Positions 1-8,059 of a DNA stretch of 61,884 nt are shown piece by piece; positions within the stretch are counted from its first letter, which is position 1, and the number at the start of each line of letters is the position of its first letter. The notes under the pieces are model-generated. The model saw nothing but the letters and a program-made list of their open reading frames with translations. It ran no database searches and was not told the origin of the DNA. Location of the stretch: assembly GCA_964558005.1 (NCBI GenBank), contig CAZLCO010000007.1:1-61884 (forward strand), in the 5' to 3' direction. The position numbers and the translations under genes are program-made. This DNA comes from an uncultured Gammaproteobacteria bacterium (lineage in GTDB: Bacteria; Cyanobacteriota; Vampirovibrionia; Gastranaerophilales; UBA9971).

Positions 1-10
1 ATGCGTTACG

Positions 11-58
11 CTGGATAGATTCCCACGTCGCTCGCTGCGCTCGCTCCTCGGAATGACA
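11..58 (-). repeat. CGTC/TGTC-tagged REP-like palindrome, long type, right-end orientation
   Basis: CTGGATAGATTCCCACGTCG...CTCCTCGGAATGACA; same arms as copies at 6677, 7977, 41625 and 42366. Confidence 0.85.
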
Positions 59-93
59 GTGCGGAAATGATTTGTTTTTATGCAATGCTGGAA

Positions 94-120
94 AGATGTT
101 GTTTTGAGCACGGCATGACG
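94..120 (-). repeat. 27-nt CGTC-tagged palindrome, short type
   Basis: AGATGTTGTTTTGAGCACGGCATGACG; same length and AGATG...CATGACG ends as 7931-7957. Confidence 0.7.
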
Positions 121-148
121 TAGGGGCTGTCCTTCGGACAGCCCCTAC
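120..148. repeat. GTAG-tagged REP-like perfect hairpin; may also terminate rubrerythrin
   Basis: GTAGGGGCTGTCC-TTC-GGACAGCCCCTAC, 13-bp perfect stem. Confidence 0.75.
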
Positions 149-167
149 CGGAATAAATAATTGTTAT

Positions 168-767
168 CTAATAATTCTCAACATCTACTTCAAAGAATGA
201 CTGCGGGTGAGCGCATGCCGGACATGACTGCGGGGCTCCGCTTCCTTCGTGGATATAGCCGCAGTTCCTGCATTTCCACTCAAGTGGAGAATCTTTTTTG
301 AATACCATTTGATTTTCAACGTTTTCAAGAAGTTTTAAATATCTTGCTTCATGCTTTTTTTCTACTTCTGCTATTTTCCTGAAAACCACAGCCACTGCCG
401 GAAAACCTTCCTCGTCGGCTATGTCGGCGAATTTAGGATAAAGTTCTGTCCACTCTTCGTTTTCGCCCATCGCTGCGGCTTTAAGGTTTTCCGTGGTCGT
501 ACCGAAGTCTGAAGGATACATTGCGGTGATTTCTACCGGGTTTCCTTCAAGGAATTTAAAGAACCTTTTTGCGTGTTCCTTTTCATTATCAGCTGTTTCA
601 AGGAACAATGCCGCTATTTGCTCATAACCTTCTTTTTTGGCTACGCCCGCATAATATGTGTAGCGGTTTCTGGCCTGTGATTCACCGGCGAATGCCGCCA
701 TTAGGTTGTGTTCTGTTTTTGTGCCTTTTAAGCTTTTCTGCTGGGACTGTGTTTGTGACATTTCCAT
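168..767 (-). CDS. rbr: Rubrerythrin
   Basis: [17 protein letters not shown] and EKKHE di-iron motifs; C-terminal rubredoxin CRNC..CPAC. Confidence 0.95.
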   Translation of the reverse strand: MEMSQTQSQQKSLKGTKTEHNLMAAFAGESQARNRYTYYAGVAKKEGYEQIAALFLETADNEKEHAKRFFKFLEGNPVEITAMYPSDFGTTTENLKAAAMGENEEWTELYPKFADIADEEGFPAVAVVFRKIAEVEKKHEARYLKLLENVENQMVFKKDSPLEWKCRNCGYIHEGSGAPQSCPACAHPQSFFEVDVENY

Positions 768-846
768 TCCTCCAAATATAAATACAGCTATAATTATACT
801 ATATTAGTCAATTCAGGATAAAATTTTTTATTGGGTTATAATATTC

Positions 847-1146
847 TTGATGATACTCGAAGAATTTTCAAAATATTTAAAGAGCTTAAAAGCTGAAGTG
901 CCCGCCGTAATTCTTTTGTCCCGCTGGTTAAGGGAACGGCTGGCTAAAAAACCTGAAAACAATGTGGACAAAGTCCTGAAAACAGAAGTAGCATATATGA
1001 AAAATAAACGTGGAATGTTTTTATTGCTGGGCAAATCAGAGTCCGGCAGAAAACTTCTTGAGTCTTTATACGAATATGCGTTAAGCTATGATAACCATAA
1101 ATTTAGCAAATGGGTGCATAAACTCAAAGCTAGCGATTTTAGATAA
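847..1146 (+). CDS. Hypothetical protein (99 aa)
   Basis: Fills the gap upstream of the SPFH gene on the same strand; plausible composition. Confidence 0.65.
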   Translation: MMILEEFSKYLKSLKAEVPAVILLSRWLRERLAKKPENNVDKVLKTEVAYMKNKRGMFLLLGKSESGRKLLESLYEYALSYDNHKFSKWVHKLKASDFR

Positions 1147-1166
1147 CCAAGAGGAGAGAGCGAATT

Positions 1167-2054
1167 ATGCGAGACGACAACACAGTAAACCTTAACTTTA
1201 AACAGGGGCCGTTTAAGAATTTATCCCTGGGACTTATTATCCTTATATTTATCGGGATAATGTTTCTGTCACAGGCAGTACTAGTAGTAGATGCCGGACA
1301 AAGGGCAGCAATAATGAACAGGTTCACCGGAATGGAAGAAAGAGTGCTGGGTGAAGGAATGCACATACTTATCCCAGGGATTCAGATGCCGACAGTGTAC
1401 AGTGTAAGGACTGAAACGTACACAATGGCCTCCGAAAACGACAGGAGCTCCGGGATAAGGACGGGGATTGATGATCAGCCGCTTGTTTCACTTACTTCTG
1501 ATGGGCAGAAAATTACCATGGATATGTCAGTGAGGTATAACCTTATACCTGATAAAGTATGGAAACTTCACCAGACAGTAGGAAGAGGGTATGACCAGAA
1601 AATTATCAGGCCGGAAGTAAGAAGTGTTGTGAGAAACACAGTCGCTCAGTATCCGGTACTTGGCGTTTACTCTGAAAAAAGGGTGGAAATACAAAACGAG
1701 ATACAATCCCAGCTGAAAGATACTCTTGCTGACTATAACATTAATCTTAGCGAAGTGCTTATCAGGAACGTGAAATTTTCTGACGAATTCTCAAGGGCTA
1801 TTGAAATGAAGCAGGTAGCCTTGCAGGAAGCTGAAAGAATGAAGTATGTACTGGAAAAAGAAGAGCAGGAAAAAAAGAGAAAAATCATAGAAGCACAGGG
1901 TGAAGCCGAGGCGATAAAGGAAAAAGCCGCTGCATTAAAAGCAAATCCACAGCTTATCCAGTATGAATATGTACAGAAAATAACCCCGGGCATCAAAACA
2001 ATCATTACAGACCAGCCGGCTATAATGAAATTCCCGGAAGGCTTGCTCAAGTAA
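1167..2054 (+). CDS. SPFH/band-7 (prohibitin-like) membrane protein
   Basis: N-terminal TM, LGEGMHILIP, TSDGQKI, AIEMKQVA-Q-AE coiled coil. Confidence 0.92.
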   Translation: MRDDNTVNLNFKQGPFKNLSLGLIILIFIGIMFLSQAVLVVDAGQRAAIMNRFTGMEERVLGEGMHILIPGIQMPTVYSVRTETYTMASENDRSSGIRTGIDDQPLVSLTSDGQKITMDMSVRYNLIPDKVWKLHQTVGRGYDQKIIRPEVRSVVRNTVAQYPVLGVYSEKRVEIQNEIQSQLKDTLADYNINLSEVLIRNVKFSDEFSRAIEMKQVALQEAERMKYVLEKEEQEKKRKIIEAQGEAEAIKEKAAALKANPQLIQYEYVQKITPGIKTIITDQPAIMKFPEGLLK

Positions 2055-2097
2055 ATAATTAATTACCCGAATGTCGGGGAAAAAATTATTTTGTTCA

Positions 2098-2106
2098 TGT
2101 TAAAAT
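2098..2106 (+). promoter_or_regulatory. Extended -10 promoter of SRP RNA
   Basis: TGtTAAAAT about 6 nt before the predicted RNA 5' end. Confidence 0.55.
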
Positions 2107-2111
2107 ATATT

Positions 2112-2378
2112 AGTCGTGCTACACGGGGAACTAGCGATGCCCTGAACCTGCAATCGCTTCAGCAGGGTGGACAGCCTACCGTGAGGCCAGACCGGTTACG
2201 GTCGGCAAAAGCACTTAACCGGAGAAGGTCCGGTCTGACGCGGCGAAAGCCGGTGAACCTGGTCAGGGCGGAAACGCAGCAGCCATAAGCCGAAGCTCTC
2301 GGGTGTTGTCAGGCTACCGGGCTGGAGGTTAGGACTTTTGTACCACGTGACTAATCTTGTCGAAGGTAGGGCACGGCT
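2112..2378 (+). ncRNA. ffs: Large (Alu-domain-containing, Bacillus scRNA-type) signal recognition particle RNA
   Basis: Helix-8 motif GTCAGGGCGGAAACGCAGCAGC; 5' GTCGTGCTA..GGGGAACTAGCGATGCCCTGAACCTGCAATCGCT resembles the scRNA Alu domain; termini AGTCGTGC/GCACGGCT pair. Confidence 0.9.
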
Positions 2379-2481
2379 TCTTAAATTATTAAATTACCCT
2401 TAAGAACATTTACAAACAGCGCTTATTATTATATAATTGACAAACTGAAGGTATGGTCAGAGGTAGAACAGAGGTGAAAAA

Positions 2482-2769
2482 ATGTCACTAGTATCAAATT
2501 TAATGATGAAACTCAATGCAGTAAGTATGGCAAGTAATGCTGAGATGAGCTGGATGACTTCTGCAAATCAGATGATGCAGGGCATAAGGCAAGCCGGAAA
2601 TCCTAATCTTAGCTTTGCCGGTATGCAAAGCCTTCATGAAAAGGAAAAAGATTTGCAATCAAATATGATTATGGCAGATATGCGCCGCCAAATCGGCAAC
2701 GCTCAGGCTAAATCAGCTGATAAAATGCTAAAAGACAGTATTGCCAGAAGTTTTGATATGTACGCATAA
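2482..2769 (+). CDS. Met/Gln-rich helical hypothetical protein
   Basis: GAGGTG RBS, ORF followed by a terminator. Confidence 0.8.
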   Translation: MSLVSNLMMKLNAVSMASNAEMSWMTSANQMMQGIRQAGNPNLSFAGMQSLHEKEKDLQSNMIMADMRRQIGNAQAKSADKMLKDSIARSFDMYA

Positions 2770-2781
2770 ATAAATTTTATA

Positions 2782-2820
2782 AACAAAAAAAGCTGCCTTA
2801 ACAAGGCAGCTTTTTTTGTT
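2782..2820. terminator. Bidirectional intrinsic terminator
   Basis: A-tract-GCTGCCTT-aac-AAGGCAGC-T-tract between convergent genes. Confidence 0.85.
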
Positions 2821-2831
2821 AGTTTACAAAA

Positions 2832-3944
2832 TTAGTTCATTTTTTTAAGTTTTTCAAAATCAAAGAATGAAAAATTGGTGTTGTCACCGTCGGATTTTGA
2901 TGCCTGGTGTATATTCCACAGGTCATCAGCGTCCAGGGCTTTTGAGTTTCCTGTTGAATTAAACGTATCAAAGTTATTATATATCATTTTTGAATTGGTT
3001 AAATCTTTTTGCAGGATGTCATATATTTCCTGCAACACGTTCAGTTGAGATACATAGTAACCTGTATTACTGTTTTGTATTGCGTTAATCTGGTATGAGA
3101 AAGCATCAAGCCTGGCTTGTGTTTCACTTATTCGGTCTGTAAGCTCGGATTTTGTGGTTAGGCCGTCTTTATCCTTATCAGCAAATGTTATATGGCCTAT
3201 TATATTACCTGCTGAATCTTTTCCCCGGGATTCCTGTTCCAGGGTATTGTCTTTATCGTCATTGATTTTGTGCCACATGTCTGCCCAGTCATCGAATTTA
3301 TACTCAGGCTCATCAGGTGAGGTTGTACCTTTCATTTCATTAAGGTCTTCCTGCGTAAAATCGTTGTATTTGCCGTCAGTTCCGGCTTTTTTGTACAAGT
3401 TGACTAAATCTTCGCTGTCGATTTCATCATTTTTGCCTTCCGAGCTAAATGCGTTAAAATTATCGTCGATTAAATTAAAAACATCCAGCTGGTCCTGATA
3501 AAGATCGATATACCTGTCATAGTATTCTGCATAATCAGGGTATTGTTCCTTTAGCCGGTTAATAGAGTCAATTTTATCGTTATAAGCAGCTTTATACTGG
3601 CCTATTTCGCTTTTGGTAACTTTACCGTTTTTATCCAGGTCAGAATAAAACATAAAATTGACAAGAGTTTTTGTGTCGGTAATTTTATCAGGATTATCTT
3701 CCATGTCTTTTTCCTGATAAGCCTTGATTGATAATGACTGGTTTACTTTATATTGTGTAATCTGAAATTTAAACCTTTCATTATCATAAAAACCACCGTA
3801 ATAGTTATTATTCCCATAACTATAACGGTTTGAATAAATGTTTTGAGCGCCGTATCCACCGTAATGTCTGCTGGAAGAATATTGTGAATACGGGCTGGTT
3901 CCGTATGGGTTATAATACCCATATACATTTTGGTTAAATATCAT
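2832..3944 (-). CDS. Internally duplicated EF-hand-like protein with Tyr/Asn/Gly-rich N-terminus
   Basis: DLDKNGKVTKSE and DKDKDGLTTKSE loops in two homologous halves; GGTGAGG RBS. Confidence 0.7.
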   Translation of the reverse strand: MIFNQNVYGYYNPYGTSPYSQYSSSRHYGGYGAQNIYSNRYSYGNNNYYGGFYDNERFKFQITQYKVNQSLSIKAYQEKDMEDNPDKITDTKTLVNFMFYSDLDKNGKVTKSEIGQYKAAYNDKIDSINRLKEQYPDYAEYYDRYIDLYQDQLDVFNLIDDNFNAFSSEGKNDEIDSEDLVNLYKKAGTDGKYNDFTQEDLNEMKGTTSPDEPEYKFDDWADMWHKINDDKDNTLEQESRGKDSAGNIIGHITFADKDKDGLTTKSELTDRISETQARLDAFSYQINAIQNSNTGYYVSQLNVLQEIYDILQKDLTNSKMIYNNFDTFNSTGNSKALDADDLWNIHQASKSDGDNTNFSFFDFEKLKKMN

Positions 3945-3966
3945 TTTTTAGCCCTCACCTAGTTAC

Positions 3967-3986
3967 ACTATTACCCTACATATAAA
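3967..3986 (-). promoter_or_regulatory. Shared upstream motif TWTATATGTARRGTAA, copy 1
   Basis: TTTATATGTAGGGTAATAGT on - strand; 18/20 identical to 13941-13960. Confidence 0.5.
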
Positions 3987-4092
3987 TATATAAAAAGAAA
4001 ATAAAAAATATATATTCAAATTTTAAAAAAAATTTTACATTTGTTAAAATAATGCTTAAAATAAACCATTATAGTAAAAGGAAGCAGACAAA

Positions 4093-5919
4093 ATGATTAA
4101 AATAAAAACACCTCATGGAAATATAGCGGAAATAATTTCAGCCGAAGATAAAGAAATCGATTATAAAGACATTGAAGCTCTCGATATCCTCCGTCACAGC
4201 ACAGCGCACGTAATGGCGCAGGCCGTACAGCGGCTTTTCCCGAATGCGAAAATAGCAATCGGGCCTAATATAGAAAACGGGTTTTATTATGATTTCGACA
4301 TTCCTGACCACTCGCTGAGCGTAGATGATTTGCCAAAAATCGAAGAAGAAATGAAAAATATAATCAAGGAAAACCAGTATTTTGAAAGAAGAGAAATACA
4401 TAATGTCCCGGAAGTACTTACAGACTTTCGGGATAAAGGTGAAATCTACAAAGCAGAGCTGTTAATGGAACATGCGCAGGAAAACCCGACGCTTTATGTT
4501 ATGACAAAAGACGGAAAAGATATCTGGAACGATTTTTGCCGAGGGCCGCACCTGCCGGAAACCAAACTCATCAAGGCATTTAAGTTATTAAGTACAGCTG
4601 GCGCATACTGGCGGGGCGATGAAAAAAATAAAATGCTGCAAAGAATTTATGCAACTGCTTTCTGGACTAAGGATGACCTTAAGGAATACCTTAATTTTCT
4701 TGCAGAAGCTGAAAAAAGGGACCACAGGAAGCTCTCCAACCAGCTTGACCTGTTCAGCGTCAAGGAAGAAGTAGGCCCCGGGCTTGTCCTGTGGCATCCG
4801 AATCTTGCTTTTGTCAGGGAACAGATAGAAAACTACTGGCGCAGCGAGCACAGAAAGCGCGGTTACGTGATAGTCAACACCCCGCATATGGCAAAAAAAC
4901 AGCTTTGGGATATATCAGGGCATACAGAGTTCTATGATGACAATATGTACTACCTTAACGTGGAAGAGGATAAGGACTACGTCCTCAAACCAATGAATTG
5001 CCCGTTCCATATGCTGATTTACAAGTCAAAAAGGCAGAGCTACAGGAATTTACCGCTGCGCATGGCAGAGCTGGGAACGGTTTACAGGAAGGAACGTTCC
5101 GGCACACTCCACGGGCTATCAAGGGTGCGGGGCTTTACGCAGGACGATGCTCATATATTCTGCACTCCCGATCAATTTGTCGATGAAATTCACAAAATAA
5201 TTGACCTGGTTGATTACACAATGAAGATATTTGAGCTGAGCTATGAGGTTGAGTTGTCAACAAGGCCTGAGGACTTTGTCGGGGAAATAGAAAACTGGAA
5301 CAGGGCAGAAGCAGGACTAAAAGAAGCACTTGAGCAAAAAGGCATAGAATACCAGCTCAATGAAGGAGATGGCGCATTCTACGGGCCTAAAATAGACTTC
5401 AAGCTAAAGGACGCAATCGGCAGGACGTGGCAGGCCGCTACCATTCAGCTTGATTTTAACCTGCCCGTACGTTTTGACCTGAAATATACTGACAAAGACG
5501 GCTCTTTGCAGACCCCGGTAATGCTCCACAGGGTAATATTTGGCTCAATGGAGCGTTTTGTGGGTTCATTAATCGAGCATTACGCCGGCGCATTCCCGCT
5601 CTGGCTTGCTCCGGTGCAGGCAGTACTTATCCCGATTGCTGACAGGCATATTGAATTTGCTGACAGCGTTTACGCAAAGATGAAAGAGGCCGGACTGCGG
5701 GTTGAAGTGGACGACAGGAGCGAGAGCATGAATAGCAAAATCCGTGATGCCCAGAACCGCAAAATACAATATATGTTCGTAATCGGCGACAAGGAAATCG
5801 AGGCCAACTCGCTCGCCGTGCGTACACGTCAGGGTCAGCAGGGCGTGCAGGCGGTGGATGAGGTTATAAATACTTTAACAAAAGAAGCTTTGCCTCTTGA
5901 GAAGTCGCAGCCTGCATAA
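4093..5919 (+). CDS. thrS: Threonine--tRNA ligase
   Basis: LRHSTAH, DFCRGPH, KPMNCP, RVRGFTQDDAH, FYGPKID. Confidence 0.98.
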   Translation: MIKIKTPHGNIAEIISAEDKEIDYKDIEALDILRHSTAHVMAQAVQRLFPNAKIAIGPNIENGFYYDFDIPDHSLSVDDLPKIEEEMKNIIKENQYFERREIHNVPEVLTDFRDKGEIYKAELLMEHAQENPTLYVMTKDGKDIWNDFCRGPHLPETKLIKAFKLLSTAGAYWRGDEKNKMLQRIYATAFWTKDDLKEYLNFLAEAEKRDHRKLSNQLDLFSVKEEVGPGLVLWHPNLAFVREQIENYWRSEHRKRGYVIVNTPHMAKKQLWDISGHTEFYDDNMYYLNVEEDKDYVLKPMNCPFHMLIYKSKRQSYRNLPLRMAELGTVYRKERSGTLHGLSRVRGFTQDDAHIFCTPDQFVDEIHKIIDLVDYTMKIFELSYEVELSTRPEDFVGEIENWNRAEAGLKEALEQKGIEYQLNEGDGAFYGPKIDFKLKDAIGRTWQAATIQLDFNLPVRFDLKYTDKDGSLQTPVMLHRVIFGSMERFVGSLIEHYAGAFPLWLAPVQAVLIPIADRHIEFADSVYAKMKEAGLRVEVDDRSESMNSKIRDAQNRKIQYMFVIGDKEIEANSLAVRTRQGQQGVQAVDEVINTLTKEALPLEKSQPA

Positions 5920-6643
5920 AGTTTCTGACCTCTGCGTCGTTGACACTTTCTCCGGCGGATATTCTCCTTATGCTGTCCTTGATTAGCTTTAGGGAAGTTT
6001 TCGATTTAGCGGCCAGCTCGTTGCAGTAGCTGATAAACTCTTTTTCAGGCAGGATTCTTGATACAATGCCTAGGTTTAACGCCTCGTCCGATTTAATGCG
6101 CCTGCCTGTTGAAATTATTTCAAAGGCTCTCGTCCTGCCCACAAGTTTTAACAGTCTGTGAATCCCGCCGTATCCGGGAATTAAGCCTATATTGACCTCG
6201 TTTAAGCAGAACACAGCTTCGTGTGAGGTCAGAACAACGTCGCATGCGAGGGCAAGTTCGAAAAATCCTCCGATTACCAGCCCGTCAATACCGATAATTA
6301 CAGGTTTAGGAAATTCCTCTATTTTTTCAAGTAATTCCCTGTTTTTTTCCAGCTTTTCCCTGAATAATTCCTCTGCTTTTCCTTGTGATATCCCTTCAGG
6401 TTCAAGAAGATTTTTGTATTTTTTAAGGTTAACCCCGGCGGAAAAAATTTTTTGCCCTGTTTTTTTCGAAACGCCGCATTGTGCCCTGATTAATACGGTT
6501 TTTATTTCATCTTCCCGCTCAAACTCGTCCAATGCCTGACTTATCCTGCTGAATGTGTCTTCTTCGATAAGGTTGAGGGTATCCGGACTGCTGAGTATTA
6601 TTTCGCCTATAGCGGCGGTTTTTTGTATAATTAAAATTGTCAT
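5864..6643 (-). CDS. Enoyl-CoA hydratase/isomerase (crotonase) family
   Basis: FSAGVNL, IGGFFELALACD, EVNIGLIPGYGG; start moved to ATG 6643 because the longer ORF reads through a repeat; 3' end overlaps thrS by 56 nt. Confidence 0.88.
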   Translation of the reverse strand: MTILIIQKTAAIGEIILSSPDTLNLIEEDTFSRISQALDEFEREDEIKTVLIRAQCGVSKKTGQKIFSAGVNLKKYKNLLEPEGISQGKAEELFREKLEKNRELLEKIEEFPKPVIIGIDGLVIGGFFELALACDVVLTSHEAVFCLNEVNIGLIPGYGGIHRLLKLVGRTRAFEIISTGRRIKSDEALNLGIVSRILPEKEFISYCNELAAKSKTSLKLIKDSIRRISAGESVNDAEVRNFMQAATSQEAKLLLLKYL

Positions 6644-6676
6644 AGTAATATTGATTATATGATAATATTTACCGCG

Positions 6677-6722
6677 TGTCATTGCGAGAAGCGACCGCAG
6701 GGAGCGACGTGGCAATCTATCC
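6677..6722 (+). repeat. Long CGTC-type palindrome, left end of cassette 1
   Basis: TGTCATTGCGAG-(variable hairpin)-GCGACGTGGCAATCTATCC. Confidence 0.88.
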
Positions 6723-6754
6723 GAGGAGAGATTTAAGCCTAGCACCGCTACACC

Positions 6755-6781
6755 CATCACCCTGAACTTGTTTCAGGGTCT
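6755..6781 (+). repeat. Short 27-nt palindrome, inner left end of cassette 1
   Basis: CATCACCCTGAACTTGTTTCAGGGTCT; inverted partner at 7931-7957. Confidence 0.85.
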
Positions 6782-6800
6782 GATTAATAGAGGATAACAT

Positions 6801-7955
6801 ATGGATAAGTATAAAATTAAATATATTTTTTCTTTTGATGGTTTAGAAATGGAACTACCTTGTAGTTTTTTGTTAAAAAAATCTATAGTAACGTATAAAA
6901 AAGACTTCAAAGGAACAGAAATAGTATTCACACTATATAATCCAAAACCAACTGAGCCTATAGATGAAGATAGTCATATACATATTGTTAAAGATAAAGG
7001 TCATGAAGGCGGTCCATTATCTATGAAAGGTGAAGATTTTGATTTAAAATCAGCGATAGGTTTTATAGAAATTAATAAATGGGAACAAGAATTAGATATA
7101 ACATTTGAACTTGAAAAAGAAAAAAATTTTTGTTTTGAAGTAGAATCGGAAATTTTAAACTTTATAAATGAAGATATAACAGCAAATTTAAATAATTGGC
7201 TTTCAATATTACAAGATAATTTTTTCAAAAGTAATTGGTTATCCTTACCAAAATTTGTCTTTAAAAAAAATGACCAAAGGCCTATTCAAGATGAAAATAA
7301 TATCAGTCATATTAATTTTACTTGTTATAAAAATGAAGAAAAAGTAGTCGGCCCATGTGGAATATTTAGTGTTAAATGTAATGTTATTGTAAGGGATATA
7401 AAATCAAGCCTTACTACTTTTGATGAAACATTAAACAAAGCAATAAAGGATTTTTTAGATAATATTGAAGATAAAAAACATGAAATATATACCCCTCGAG
7501 AGCTTCTTCTTTTAGCTGACTATGAGAGGAAAATAAACAGGTATAAACTTGCTTTATTATTAATGGCTATGGCTGTAGAAATTTCTGCCAAACTTGTTAT
7601 TGAAATATACGGAGAGCAAATTCATAAATACTTTTTATCGAAAAAAGTAGAAATTTCAATATTTAATTTAATAAAAGACGTTATGCCTGACATAATAAGT
7701 AACAATGATTTTAATTCATTAGATAAATTAAATGTAAAGCTAGACTTATTAGAGCAATTATTCATGATAAGAAATAAAATTGCACATGAGGGTAAAACTT
7801 ATTATCAAAAAAATGAAAAAAAACGTTTTATCGAAAACGAAAGTGAAATTTTAGACTATTTTAAATTTTCACAAGATTTTGTTGATAATAAAATTCCCAA
7901 AATAATAGATTTAATAAATGATAACCGTAAAGATGCTGAAACAAGTTCAGCATGA
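6801..7955 (+). CDS. AT-rich protein with C-terminal HEPN-like domain (putative RNase/defence)
   Basis: ALLLMAMAVE helix followed by RNKIAH (RxxxxH); AGAGGA RBS; much AT-richer than neighbours. Confidence 0.7.
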   Translation: MDKYKIKYIFSFDGLEMELPCSFLLKKSIVTYKKDFKGTEIVFTLYNPKPTEPIDEDSHIHIVKDKGHEGGPLSMKGEDFDLKSAIGFIEINKWEQELDITFELEKEKNFCFEVESEILNFINEDITANLNNWLSILQDNFFKSNWLSLPKFVFKKNDQRPIQDENNISHINFTCYKNEEKVVGPCGIFSVKCNVIVRDIKSSLTTFDETLNKAIKDFLDNIEDKKHEIYTPRELLLLADYERKINRYKLALLLMAMAVEISAKLVIEIYGEQIHKYFLSKKVEISIFNLIKDVMPDIISNNDFNSLDKLNVKLDLLEQLFMIRNKIAHEGKTYYQKNEKKRFIENESEILDYFKFSQDFVDNKIPKIIDLINDNRKDAETSSA

Positions 7956-7957
7956 CG
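7931..7957 (-). repeat. Short 27-nt palindrome, inner right end of cassette 1; contains the gene's TGA stop
   Basis: AGATGCTGAAACAAGTTCAGCATGACG; 22/27 identical to the left copy, with compensatory stem changes. Confidence 0.85.
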
Positions 7958-7976
7958 TAATTGTTTACATGAAACA

Positions 7977-8043
7977 CTGGATAGATTGCCACGTCGGGCC
8001 CGCCCCGCCGATGGCGGGAACGGGAGCCCTCCTCGCAATGACA
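7977..8043 (-). repeat. Long CGTC-type palindrome, right end of cassette 1
   Basis: CTGGATAGATTGCCACGTCG...CTCCTCGCAATGACA, inverted relative to 6677-6722. Confidence 0.88.
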
Positions 8044-8059
8044 AAAAGGAAAAAACATC

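Noticed and set aside
2091-2288. 65-aa ORF
   Set aside because: Lies over the SRP RNA; TTG start with no RBS.
6644-6760. N-terminal extension of the crotonase (RLPRRSLRSLLAMT)
   Set aside because: It is a translation of the palindromic repeat; the domain begins at ATG 6643.
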